A DNA stretch of 64,000 nucleotides from an uncultured Candidatus Poseidoniales archaeon. Its GTDB lineage: Archaea; Thermoplasmatota; Poseidoniia; Poseidoniales; Poseidoniaceae. The notes under the pieces are model-generated. The model saw nothing but the letters and a program-made list of their open reading frames with translations, searched no databases and had not been told where the DNA came from. The translations under genes were made by a program, and so were the position numbers. The stretch spans positions 75,185 to 139,184 of the forward strand of contig CAJIYT010000004.1 of assembly GCA_905181715.1 (NCBI GenBank). Direction: 5' to 3'. Below, piece after piece: positions 36,401 through 44,380 of this stretch (positions are counted from its first letter, which is position 1; each line of letters starts with the position of its first letter).

Positions 36401-38642
36401 TAAATGTTTGCGTTATCGAGGCCACTGTTTGGCCATGTCCTGAATAAGCTGAACAATCATTGTAGATTTCACGATGCAATGATGTCACTGAACCATTACT
36501 AAGAGCAGTGTCCCAAATTCTCAGATTATCTATCATTCCTTCAAAATAAGAACTACCAGCACGGTTTACTCCTAATTTGTATAAATCAATATTATTGAAA
36601 GAACCATTTGGGAATGAGTTTGTGCCAACCAAGACTCCATCCAAATATTGTCTCGTTTGCCCGTTATCGAATACTGTAACTAGATGAACCCATTCCTGTG
36701 GTTCCACAATTCCAAATGAATATGATTGATTGTTGTGCATTTTCCATTCCCCATTGATGACTGCATGTTGGAATGAATAATTAGAACCAGCATTATTGTC
36801 GATTGCAAAGGTTGAGGCGTAGGTAGGTTGGGAACTGGTATTAGCCCAAACCCATTGACTAATGGTAAAGTTGCCAACCCAATCATCAACATCTACCTGC
36901 AAATAATCATCGACGCCATCGTACCAGAGACAATCGCCATCCACACATGATCTCCAATTGGTAGAATCCATTCCATTTAGAGAAAAACTACTACCGTTCA
37001 CTACCGAATCATTGGCGAGATTCCCTGAACCTTCTTCAAAGTCCCATTTGTGTATTAGTGAATTCTGTGAAGGAGTACTATTACCTGAAACAAAAAATGC
37101 TGAAGCTGGAATTATGCTCTTACTCTGATTTGGCCCTTCCCAAGAAAATTGCAAGCCATGCGGGCCACCTCCTTGGAAGAATTCTATTCTAAAATCATGA
37201 AGTCCTTCTGTTACCATCAAAGTATGTGATATCTCTCTCATTCCATGTGAACCATAATTCTGAATGATACTATTGTCATCAAGCCATAATTCTGAACCAT
37301 CATCAGTTGTAAGATAGAAGGTCCAATTTCCTATTTCAGGGATGTCGATTAGTCCGCTAAATCTTGCACCCCAGTCATTCTTGAAACGATTGTCGAGCCC
37401 TTGATAAGCCTGTGAGGAAGATGAATATGCGAGGTTGCTTTCCAATCGTATATGATCTGGAGTTCTAATCATTAAATCAGGCATGGAAGCAGTATTGAAA
37501 CTAATTCCATTATTATCAAAATATTCAGCATATATCCCTGGAGCATTCCTTCCAGATTCTTGATTACAAACCGTTGAAAGTGAAGCCTCTAAAGCACCAC
37601 TTCCTGCATTCTTAGTTTGAGTTTGATAACTCCAATCAAATCCATCGCCTGATGATAAACTGGGAGATGTCGCATTCCAATATTGAGAACCACTAGACCA
37701 GGTTGTATCGTTAACATCTAAACCGCCATTTGTCAAAATATTCTGCGCCCAACTATTATCGTTTGAACCCCATGATGCATATGCCATTACATTGGATATA
37801 TTGGTGAGGAACAAAGAGGTGTCATCGAATATTGTGGGTAATCCAAGGGTTTGATTTAGCGTGGTATTTGCGACATAGAGGTCATCATTCCAATACTTGT
37901 ACCCTGAATCATTACGATTTGTAGCCAAATCCAAAACGAAATTACCTCGAGTGCCAAAACTATTATTTGCCTTTTCGATTAAGTCAAGAGCGGTTTGGAC
38001 ATTATATCCGGTTAGCCTTGTCACTAAATAAAAGCCATAATCCTCCCGTGAGAATGCCTCGATTTCTTTACCAGCGAGTGGCCCATAGGTATGCTGAGTC
38101 CAGTAATCGGTTCCAATATCGGCATGATACCAACCCTCGAGTAATGAAATCTCTTGATCGAAACTCGCTTTATCTAGCCCACCATCGATCCGTAGAGGTA
38201 TGCCTTTGGTAGTAACGAGATAATTCAATTCCTCGGTGAGATTACGATTGGCTAACATCAGGCTCAAAGGTTCAGCAAAATAAGTATTGAATTTTTCGCG
38301 GTTGATAGTTTCAGAACTCGGTGTGGATTCATTTGTGAAGAGAAATACTCGCTCTATGCTGATATTCCTTGCACTTACGAAAGCCCAACCTATAGTTCGG
38401 CTGGCTTCGCTTTGGTTGTTAATTAGCACCCCAACATCACTGTAATCCTGCAATGATTCAAGAGTAAAACCTCCATTTACCGCGATGGTCCTAAGCGGTG
38501 TTTCATTCCAGATATCAGTCTGTTCAGAGTAAATGGAAGTACTCGTTAACGGCAATGTGCCGGCTTCGGGTGTGAAAAAAGAAGACGCTCCGCTCAATAG
38601 CATGAGAAAGGCAAAGAAAACCGGCGACAACTTTCTATCCAC
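33414..38642 (-). CDS. giant membrane-anchored surface protein with PA14 and LamG (concanavalin-A-like) domains
   Basis: 1742 aa. Signal peptide. PA14-like aa ~368-515 (GIYAEYFDNNG...WGARFSG...NWTFYLTTDDGSELWLDD). LamG-like aa ~530-720 (LWYDGVDDYLQV...FTISQWVW...HLVTVFDNGQTRQYLDGV...LRIWD). Many N-x-S/T sequons. TM near aa ~1630-1655, then an 87-aa acidic Trp-rich tail. Confidence 0.8.
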   Translation of the reverse strand: MDRKLSPVFFAFLMLLSGASSFFTPEAGTLPLTSTSIYSEQTDIWNETPLRTIAVNGGFTLESLQDYSDVGVLINNQSEASRTIGWAFVSARNISIERVFLFTNESTPSSETINREKFNTYFAEPLSLMLANRNLTEELNYLVTTKGIPLRIDGGLDKASFDQEISLLEGWYHADIGTDYWTQHTYGPLAGKEIEAFSREDYGFYLVTRLTGYNVQTALDLIEKANNSFGTRGNFVLDLATNRNDSGYKYWNDDLYVANTTLNQTLGLPTIFDDTSLFLTNISNVMAYASWGSNDNSWAQNILTNGGLDVNDTTWSSGSQYWNATSPSLSSGDGFDWSYQTQTKNAGSGALEASLSTVCNQESGRNAPGIYAEYFDNNGISFNTASMPDLMIRTPDHIRLESNLAYSSSSQAYQGLDNRFKNDWGARFSGLIDIPEIGNWTFYLTTDDGSELWLDDNSIIQNYGSHGMREISHTLMVTEGLHDFRIEFFQGGGPHGLQFSWEGPNQSKSIIPASAFFVSGNSTPSQNSLIHKWDFEEGSGNLANDSVVNGSSFSLNGMDSTNWRSCVDGDCLWYDGVDDYLQVDVDDWVGNFTISQWVWANTSSQPTYASTFAIDNNAGSNYSFQHAVINGEWKMHNNQSYSFGIVEPQEWVHLVTVFDNGQTRQYLDGVLVGTNSFPNGSFNNIDLYKLGVNRAGSSYFEGMIDNLRIWDTALSNGSVTSLHREIYNDCSAYSGHGQTVASITQTFTVPLDYENHAWILSAQGMRTGGVYGEFETEVESLDVNGAIIATNKSLSKAFTTSWEAASLRYRPPSNTHAFKITISLDIVSTSTDGSLFLDTVNLQPIRPHNQWANGSIAETAVSTGGRSFNWDTSYGQSLVADLLEDGVSGVKGYVYEPYITAISYPSVLHSTYAQGYTMAESYYAANTLSGWMGVVIGDPKMAAFANGLHDINIIDVRMINNASKGQNTTMEIALENLSPGQANGSITLRDLMGGIILTEMTISLPGGDQDGSRAILQLQFNSSRIGWNELVISYDSDDSVMGERIVDNNDHRIRVWVNSPPVIEQIYCDSSVYSRGDTFGCTVIANDDNEVTAVMIGWSITDMDGNTTSVTWSNAGSSDKLTWWTSFQLGSDVPLGWLTITAKAIDASVQSISGVMTNISEVVDAQARWYGVHVEGVDSDSWSGATYLLTKPIAGVHRGEIIYLRTCVIDPDHDIITEKPIISASKGILGEIVLENDSIGDQNCYSSTLLIEVMDELEPFLIPFTLTLATNAGTVISSREIKIVDYAPSISLEIVGNDGEIKDRLHGSGRENVRITIEDFDDPITTASGEMSLAWPGYQAISSTFYLEANQTEIILPIAAPSFALESGEVIIEVTIQGLHQSENSSIITIPLLLRPPEIISLKICDELGNEIDELMLGHPAYAFVWVNSDRDLSTISTTLFQDGWAADAPEQQDYENNCAQVYNDTELHMFNIYPDLAFGEGSGLIKTTIRDLDGLSISQQISLQLRYAPPVIETNFPVNTTAGKTVNFQVIVTDADGVENTECAITLFQGVDPIWDSSQTVSEIDGSGVSTWTWLVPKNLEGNLTISIICTDPTGQSTRVNDTIRIDAPLPCLNCQTEDLNDEVESGVKMTTVAYLGIGFVIVLVIISSFAFTLRRKEEIPESEWFAEQQESLQLPTLDDLPGNEVEIIDERIPDGWTTQEFIWWLDGPIPEGWDEDDWYNYRLDNEDLREVTSIHQEGVE

Positions 38643-38754
38643 GTGCTTCGGGATACTGCGTATGGTATAATCTCTATCGAGTACCTATCGGATTGAACTT
38701 CAAATCGATAGTGAAGCGATGGGAATATGTACGGCGCCTCCTCTGCGTGGGCCG

Positions 38755-39384
38755 ATGGTCGAACTGTATATGGCGAGAACCTGCAAATGGGGCGTATTAC
38801 GCGTCATTGGAGGTGAATTACACCAACAAGAGGCAGATGTTCTTATCGCGCCTGCAAATAATAGATTATCTGGACGCGAAACCTTGGATGGTAATATTCA
38901 CAAAGCGGCTGGAGAAGAATTGACTGAAAAATGCAGAGCGATTAGTGTTGAGCAGCGAAAACTCAACCTGCCACCCTGCCCCGTAACCACAAATGTAGTG
39001 ACAAAACCATATGGCCTCAAAGGAAAATTCAAGCATATTATCCATGTTGTTGCACCTGATTGTCGACGTCCAAACCAAGATGAAGCAAGAAGAGATTTAC
39101 TTCCTGTAGCATATGCAAATTTATTTGATACTATCAAGGGGCTAAAAGGAGTTAAATCGATTATGGCTCCACCTCTATCAATGGGCGTATTTGCTTATCC
39201 ACACAGAGAAGGTGCTCGTCTAACCCTTGAAACAATACTTGGGATCTTGAATGGCAAAGAGGACCCCGGGATTAACGAATATACCATTATTGTTAAAGAG
39301 CGTAATTTCATCAAGAATATGCGCACTGTATATCGCGAATCTGAAGATCAATTACCAGGAATAGATACCACAAACGAAATTTAA
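38755..39384 (+). CDS. macro domain (ADP-ribose-binding/hydrolase) protein
   Basis: ~209 aa (start ambiguous: 38719, 38755 or 38770). VIGGELHQQEADVLIAPANNRLSGRETLDGNIHKAAGEEL matches the macrodomain N-terminal signature, with a divergent Gly-rich loop. Confidence 0.7.
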   Translation: MVELYMARTCKWGVLRVIGGELHQQEADVLIAPANNRLSGRETLDGNIHKAAGEELTEKCRAISVEQRKLNLPPCPVTTNVVTKPYGLKGKFKHIIHVVAPDCRRPNQDEARRDLLPVAYANLFDTIKGLKGVKSIMAPPLSMGVFAYPHREGARLTLETILGILNGKEDPGINEYTIIVKERNFIKNMRTVYRESEDQLPGIDTTNEI

Positions 39385-40137
39385 TCAGTGTGACCTTTTT
39401 ATCTGTATATCGATTGCTTCATCTAACGAAAGACGGCCGACTGCGACTGATCTTGACAAATCACTTGCAATGGTTAGTCTGCCATTGCTCGCAGTTCTAG
39501 ACCTTCTCTGTAACTCTTTTATCTCGCCATTTGTGACTTCGAGATGACGCTTTTTCATTACTTTGAATCCTTTGAGCATTGCAATTCTAATAGCCGCAGT
39601 AGCATGAGATTTATGGCGTGGTCCTTTCGAGGTTTGTTTCTCATCAACAATTTGTACCTCGATACTACGAGCAATCAATAGATTTGCCAATCTATCTCTA
39701 ATCACTGGTGAGCCATCACCAATCTTTACACGCAAACGATCATATTCGAATAATGATGCTATTGCTAAGATATGGTCAATAACATCATCGACAAACTCCA
39801 ATTGCGCAGTACCGACCAATACTCCATCAGACAACCAAGCAATCCCCGGACGTGGTCCTGGATCGATTCCGAAAGTCAGAAAAACCGCGGAATCAAGACC
39901 TCTGGCTAAATGAACCGCTCTTTCTACACTGAGGTTCACTGTTTCTATTGAAACACCAATGCCCCGGCCTATGCCAATGCAATTTGCTACTTCCTCATTT
40001 GAGCCAAGCCAAATACCTGAAGGTTTAGGGTCGCGTTTGAAATCAAGAACATCAAATAATACACCTCTACGTTTTAATTCGCCCACCAAACGGAAACTCA
40101 GCCGAAAATCATCGGTGTAAATCGCTATCGGCTCCAC
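39385..40137 (-). CDS. conserved hypothetical protein with C-terminal RuvC/YqgF(RuvX)-like RNase H fold
   Basis: 250 aa. FGIDPGPRPGIAWL (first acidic motif), KIGDGSP, and IVDEKQTSKG resembling the YqgF vDERlTT motif. Remembered motifs only. Confidence 0.4.
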   Translation of the reverse strand: MEPIAIYTDDFRLSFRLVGELKRRGVLFDVLDFKRDPKPSGIWLGSNEEVANCIGIGRGIGVSIETVNLSVERAVHLARGLDSAVFLTFGIDPGPRPGIAWLSDGVLVGTAQLEFVDDVIDHILAIASLFEYDRLRVKIGDGSPVIRDRLANLLIARSIEVQIVDEKQTSKGPRHKSHATAAIRIAMLKGFKVMKKRHLEVTNGEIKELQRRSRTASNGRLTIASDLSRSVAVGRLSLDEAIDIQIKRSH

Positions 40138-40198
40138 AGCCGAGAGTAGGGAAACAAGCCTTTCAACATAGTGATGCCACCGAAGTCATCAATAACGA

Positions 40199-40837
40199 TT
40201 GACAGAATTGTCAACTGTGTCCAGCCAATATGAGAGAGAATTGCGCGCTGTTCTCGCCGGCAGTACTGCCGGAGTGAAGGCGGTTACTCGCTCTTGCGAT
40301 GATATGACCACTGCCAGTGCAATGCAGGTAGTTGACAGACCTTTTCTCGTGGTTAGAGCTGCAGGCAGTGGCATGGATGGTTCAGGTGATCTTCTAGCAC
40401 TTAGGGGAGACATGTGCTTTCCAATAGAAGTTAAATCTTGTAAGGTTTCTAAATTGTATCTTTCAGGAAGAACTTGGACTCAATATGAAGAAATGAGAGA
40501 CGAGGGCATCAGATGTCAACTGATGCCACTTTATGCATATAGATTGAAAGGAGTAAGAGGCGATTCGTGGCGGATATTCAGAGTAGAAACCAATACCAAT
40601 GCTGGCAGAATGAATCTCCTCAAACGTAGAATTCCTGCGCTACCACTTACCAGAAATGGAAAGCCATTCCTCGATTGGCAACAAGGTTTGCCATTACACA
40701 AATTTATAGACATCGTCTGTCGTACTAATAGCACAAAGGATTCGATTGAAGCTCTTGAACAGAGGGTAAAAGAATTCGATCGTATCATTGAAGATAACCA
40801 TTTATCGGTTGCTCTCCCTCTCACAGATAGGGCATGA
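40199..40837 (+). CDS. hjc: Holliday junction resolvase Hjc (archaeal type) with an internal insertion and a ~70-aa C-terminal extension
   Basis: 212 aa. YERELRAVL ... LVVRAAGSG ... DLLALRG...FPIEVKS reproduces the Hjc E / D / E-x-K catalytic arrangement. Confidence 0.75.
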   Translation: MTELSTVSSQYERELRAVLAGSTAGVKAVTRSCDDMTTASAMQVVDRPFLVVRAAGSGMDGSGDLLALRGDMCFPIEVKSCKVSKLYLSGRTWTQYEEMRDEGIRCQLMPLYAYRLKGVRGDSWRIFRVETNTNAGRMNLLKRRIPALPLTRNGKPFLDWQQGLPLHKFIDIVCRTNSTKDSIEALEQRVKEFDRIIEDNHLSVALPLTDRA

Positions 40838-42338
40838 TCATTATCGAAAGAATCACTATCAATAAGCCTAAAGAGGATAGTGAAGAGGCCTTATTAGAAA
40901 TATGTTCAACCCATAATGGATGTATTTTCCATAATCCAGAGCGTTTACCGATGCTGCGAATCCCCGACATTGCCGAATGCACGAGATCTTTGAATAAATG
41001 CCCCCCATCAAAAGGTATCATTGGAATTAAATTTGTGAAACCGAGAAGAATATTTACCCAAATTAGCCAAAAGAATAGATTGGTGAGGAAGAGCAATCCT
41101 GAGATACCTATCAGTGATGCAAACCAACCATCATCTGCTGCTAACATTTTCTCTTGCGCTGGGTGAATTGCAACCCCTTGATATTGGAAGGGCGTTATTA
41201 GAATGTTAAGCGCGTGGATTGGTACATCGATTATCAAATTCCCAATCCCGCCTTGATAACGTGGAGAAAGAGGACCTGCTAAACGATCGATTCCAGCAGT
41301 ACCTTCTGCAAGGCCTTCAACACCTAAGAATGGATCACCTTCTACGACACCTGCGGCTTCAAGGTTATCTGCACTCCAGCCAAGTTCGGAATAATAGTCA
41401 TATTTGTCGCTGAAGTTTACTAACAAATTCTCGCGCTGTCCTTCAACTCTAACAACTTGTAATGTAACTGAATCTCCAGCAGAGTATTGTGACATCACAT
41501 CTTTGAAGTCATCAAGATTTTCAACTGGTTTATCGTCTATTGCAGTGATTACATCCATAGGTTGTAAACCAGCTTCATCTGCACCTGCACCTAATACAAT
41601 ACCAGAAGCATGTACTCCTGGACTTGCGGCTACGAAATGTCCTGCGATCCCGCCCATCAAAAGTACGATTATTATCGCTGCAAAAATATTAGTCGCCGGG
41701 CCTGCAGCAAACATCCGTTGACGTTCCCTTTTTGGCGCCTCTGTTATCTCTGAATATTCTGGTTCAGCAAATGCCCCTAGGGGTAATGGACCAAGCATCA
41801 GTAGACCAAAACTACGAATTCTCATACCATGAGCGCGTGCTTGAATACCATGTCCAAACTCATGAATAACTAGACAAACAACGAATGCAATCACTCCCCA
41901 ACCCAAAGGAATCATGGGATTCAAGCCAGGGATTGCTACCAACTCCGAAGGAGAAGGAGGGTCTGCTAAATTTGGTGATAGTAATGCCGAGATAAATGTC
42001 AACACTAGCAATAATGCTACAATAGCCATAGCAGCCCAACAAACCCACAATGAGACCTCACCATAGGCACGCCAAAATTTCCTGGGTTTGGATATAATTT
42101 CTAGCGATTTATTTCCTGCTGAAGTACGCATCATCAGAATTACGCCAAATACTCTAGTTGCATCCCAATCATCTAGTTTACCTGTACGCTCCCAATATCG
42201 CAATAATAGCCACCAAGCCATTATTGAGATTAGAATGACTTGCCAGCTGAGGCTGATCGATAACCAACCTGCTCCCATGAATACGCCAGACAGTCGTACC
42301 TCTTCAATGCGTGTGCGTAAGACATATGTCCTAGTCAT
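40821..42338 (-). CDS. site-2 protease (peptidase M50) with PDZ domain
   Basis: 505 aa. HEFGHGIQA zinc motif in a TM helix, a PDZ-like GIVLGAGADEAGLQPMDVITAIDDKPV segment, and a C-terminal FDGGH motif. Start uncertain (42338 or the internal Met 21). Confidence 0.85.
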   Translation of the reverse strand: MTRTYVLRTRIEEVRLSGVFMGAGWLSISLSWQVILISIMAWWLLLRYWERTGKLDDWDATRVFGVILMMRTSAGNKSLEIISKPRKFWRAYGEVSLWVCWAAMAIVALLLVLTFISALLSPNLADPPSPSELVAIPGLNPMIPLGWGVIAFVVCLVIHEFGHGIQARAHGMRIRSFGLLMLGPLPLGAFAEPEYSEITEAPKRERQRMFAAGPATNIFAAIIIVLLMGGIAGHFVAASPGVHASGIVLGAGADEAGLQPMDVITAIDDKPVENLDDFKDVMSQYSAGDSVTLQVVRVEGQRENLLVNFSDKYDYYSELGWSADNLEAAGVVEGDPFLGVEGLAEGTAGIDRLAGPLSPRYQGGIGNLIIDVPIHALNILITPFQYQGVAIHPAQEKMLAADDGWFASLIGISGLLFLTNLFFWLIWVNILLGFTNLIPMIPFDGGHLFKDLVHSAMSGIRSIGKRSGLWKIHPLWVEHISNKASSLSSLGLLIVILSIMIMPYL

Positions 42339-42873
42339 GAATCGAAGGGTTGTGGAGAACAGAGAACAAGTCGTAAGAGATTGGTGCGAACATCTTCTCG
42401 GAGAGAAGCCTCACGAAATTCTTACGTGGGCTGATGAAGAAGATATCGTACAGTCTCTTATCAGACTTGAGAGAATGGTACTCGTTGTTGATCTTCAATT
42501 GGATGAAGACGATAATATCGTTGAGGAGAAGCACATTTCAATCGCATTAGAAACTTGGTCCCCTGGCTCTATTCAAACCAGAAGAATGGCAGACGGTTCG
42601 GTCCGATTTAAGCATCGTAAGGACGAATTGATTCTTGCAGCACGGCTCCGATCCCCAGAATGGGCAGGGGCTTTGTTGGAAGAATGGTTGATGGATATGA
42701 GAGGAGAACAAAGTAAACCTCGAGAAAAGAATAGACATATCACTAATATGAAAAGAAGTAGAGAGACCATTGGTCGAATGCTTGAACAGGCTGAATTAAC
42801 TATGCTCAAAGACACCATGACTGAGATTTCAACTATTCTAGAAAATACTGAACATCTGCTTGCTGACGAATGA
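42337..42873 (+). CDS. hypothetical cytoplasmic protein
   Basis: 178 aa from the ATG at 42337. The longer ORF from 42088 lies antisense to the M50 protease gene. Charged and helical, with no motif I recognise. Confidence 0.4.
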   Translation: MNRRVVENREQVVRDWCEHLLGEKPHEILTWADEEDIVQSLIRLERMVLVVDLQLDEDDNIVEEKHISIALETWSPGSIQTRRMADGSVRFKHRKDELILAARLRSPEWAGALLEEWLMDMRGEQSKPREKNRHITNMKRSRETIGRMLEQAELTMLKDTMTEISTILENTEHLLADE

Positions 42874-42906
42874 TTATTATTATTATTATTCTTCTTCTTC
42901 TTCTTC
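42873..42906. repeat. compound trinucleotide microsatellite (ATT)6 followed by (TTC)6
   Basis: Read directly from the sequence: attattattattattatt cttcttcttcttcttc, between convergent stop codons. The TTC part encodes the C-terminal EEEEEE of the minus-strand signal peptidase. Confidence 0.9.
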
Positions 42907-43860
42907 GCCAAGCAAAGAAACCACTGCATCAAGAGCGTCTTCGCGTTGAGCCTCAATTAATTCAGGAGATGTCGCTATCATTCTCTTTCCAATCGGTTCA
43001 AGAATTATTGGAGCCAATAATAATGCAACAATAAGTCCTGCAAGCCAGAAAAATGAACTATTAGGAACGTGAATTATTCCAGGAGAATCATCTCCGCTTA
43101 CCATCAGTTTGACAACGCCTAGCCAAGGGATTTCACCACCGGCAACCCCGATAAGCCAATCTGCTTTAACCGGCCCAACTACCCCTGAGGCACTGTAAAC
43201 ACCACTTGAGCCAGGTACGGCTTTACTTCCTTGATCGACCGAACAATGATTATTATCGCCAAGAGTGAGGAAACCACTGTGTTCTGGTCTCCACTCAACT
43301 ACATTTAGTATCATATTACCATGGGCTTCAACGCCGCAGTCATACCTTCCGGCACTGATTCCATCAAAGCTGATTGAGATATTCTCCGCGTCTCTAATCT
43401 CAGTGCCTGGAACGTCCCATGATAAGATGCAAATTCCAACCGATTGGTCGTGGACGCCCTCTTCACAACTATTATTGACCACAACTGCAGTTCGGTTTGG
43501 TATCACTCTTAGAATAGCCCGATGGATAATTGGTGTTCCTTCTTCGCCATTACGCTCGTAGATAATTACATCACCCGCTAATCCATGTGATTCATGGCCG
43601 AAATTTGCATTGGTGGTATCTGTCGCTTCTGCAAACGTAATCACATCGGACCATTCACGTTTGTGTACGAGAATCAGATCACCAGCATCTATCGAACCAA
43701 CCTCACCTGATTTGTCATGAATCATCGAACTTGATTCTACTACTACAAGAGGGGGCATAGAGCCGGTATGAGCCCAAAGTGCAAGAATGATAATCGCTAT
43801 CATTCCCACTGCGAGAATAATCTCTCGGACTAGACCGAGAAGCGGATCTTGCTTCGCCAT
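42886..43860 (-). CDS. signal peptidase I, archaeal/eukaryotic Sec11 type (S26B), with insertions, a C-terminal TM and a poly-Glu tail
   Basis: ~324 aa from the ATG at 43860. N-terminal TM, Ser box VVVESSSM, His box TPIIHRAI, GDNN box LTLGDNNHCSVDQ, a C-terminal TM and EEEEEE. Confidence 0.7.
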   Translation of the reverse strand: MAKQDPLLGLVREIILAVGMIAIIILALWAHTGSMPPLVVVESSSMIHDKSGEVGSIDAGDLILVHKREWSDVITFAEATDTTNANFGHESHGLAGDVIIYERNGEEGTPIIHRAILRVIPNRTAVVVNNSCEEGVHDQSVGICILSWDVPGTEIRDAENISISFDGISAGRYDCGVEAHGNMILNVVEWRPEHSGFLTLGDNNHCSVDQGSKAVPGSSGVYSASGVVGPVKADWLIGVAGGEIPWLGVVKLMVSGDDSPGIIHVPNSSFFWLAGLIVALLLAPIILEPIGKRMIATSPELIEAQREDALDAVVSLLGEEEEEE

Positions 43861-43871
43861 AGCCACGCCTC

Positions 43872-44276
43872 TCAGCGGCGCTTTTTCAATCCCTTCTCTT
43901 CGAGGAAGGAGTTCCAAGCCAGTTCGTGGCCACCGCGTAATTTAGCAGCAGCATCTGATCCTTCGCTAATTCTACGTCGTAATTCAGCAGAGCTTGTTAT
44001 CTCCATCAATTCATTGATAAGATTGGCAAGACCTTTGAGATGAAGGAACTCTGGAGCGGATATGAATAGACCGATTAAAGAAAATACCAGTAATGAGATC
44101 GCCAAGCCAGTTAACTCATCCCAGCCTTCTGTATCCTGCATAAATCCAAGATGGAATAGTGAAAAAATTAGTAATAAGGTAAAGGCAAAAGTTGCGGTCG
44201 CGCATATCGCTAATTGTTTCCCTTCACATTTCGCCCACAGGTTTCCGATGATGCCCAATTGTTTCCCCTCGTTCAC
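43872..44276 (-). CDS. small two-TM membrane protein (hypothetical)
   Basis: 134 aa. Two hydrophobic helices, then an amphipathic charged C-terminus. Ends 11 nt upstream of the signal-peptidase ATG. Confidence 0.4.
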   Translation of the reverse strand: MNEGKQLGIIGNLWAKCEGKQLAICATATFAFTLLLIFSLFHLGFMQDTEGWDELTGLAISLLVFSLIGLFISAPEFLHLKGLANLINELMEITSSAELRRRISEGSDAAAKLRGGHELAWNSFLEEKGLKKRR

Positions 44277-44380
44277 TCAAGGTCATCGGCCATTCATGAG
44301 CATTGTCATTACAAATTCTGAACGATAAAGGGGATGATTGAAATCAAATACCTCGCGTGGGCCACTGGCCCACGTTGGAG

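Noticed and set aside
42088-42336. 5' extension of the plus-strand ORF 42088-42873
   Set aside because: It lies antisense to the first TM helices of the M50 protease gene. The ATG at 42337 gives a non-overlapping 178-aa product.
42573-42956. 127-aa minus-strand ORF containing KKKKKNNNNNNN
   Set aside because: It is an artefact of reading through the ATT/TTC microsatellite, and it overlaps two better-supported convergent genes.
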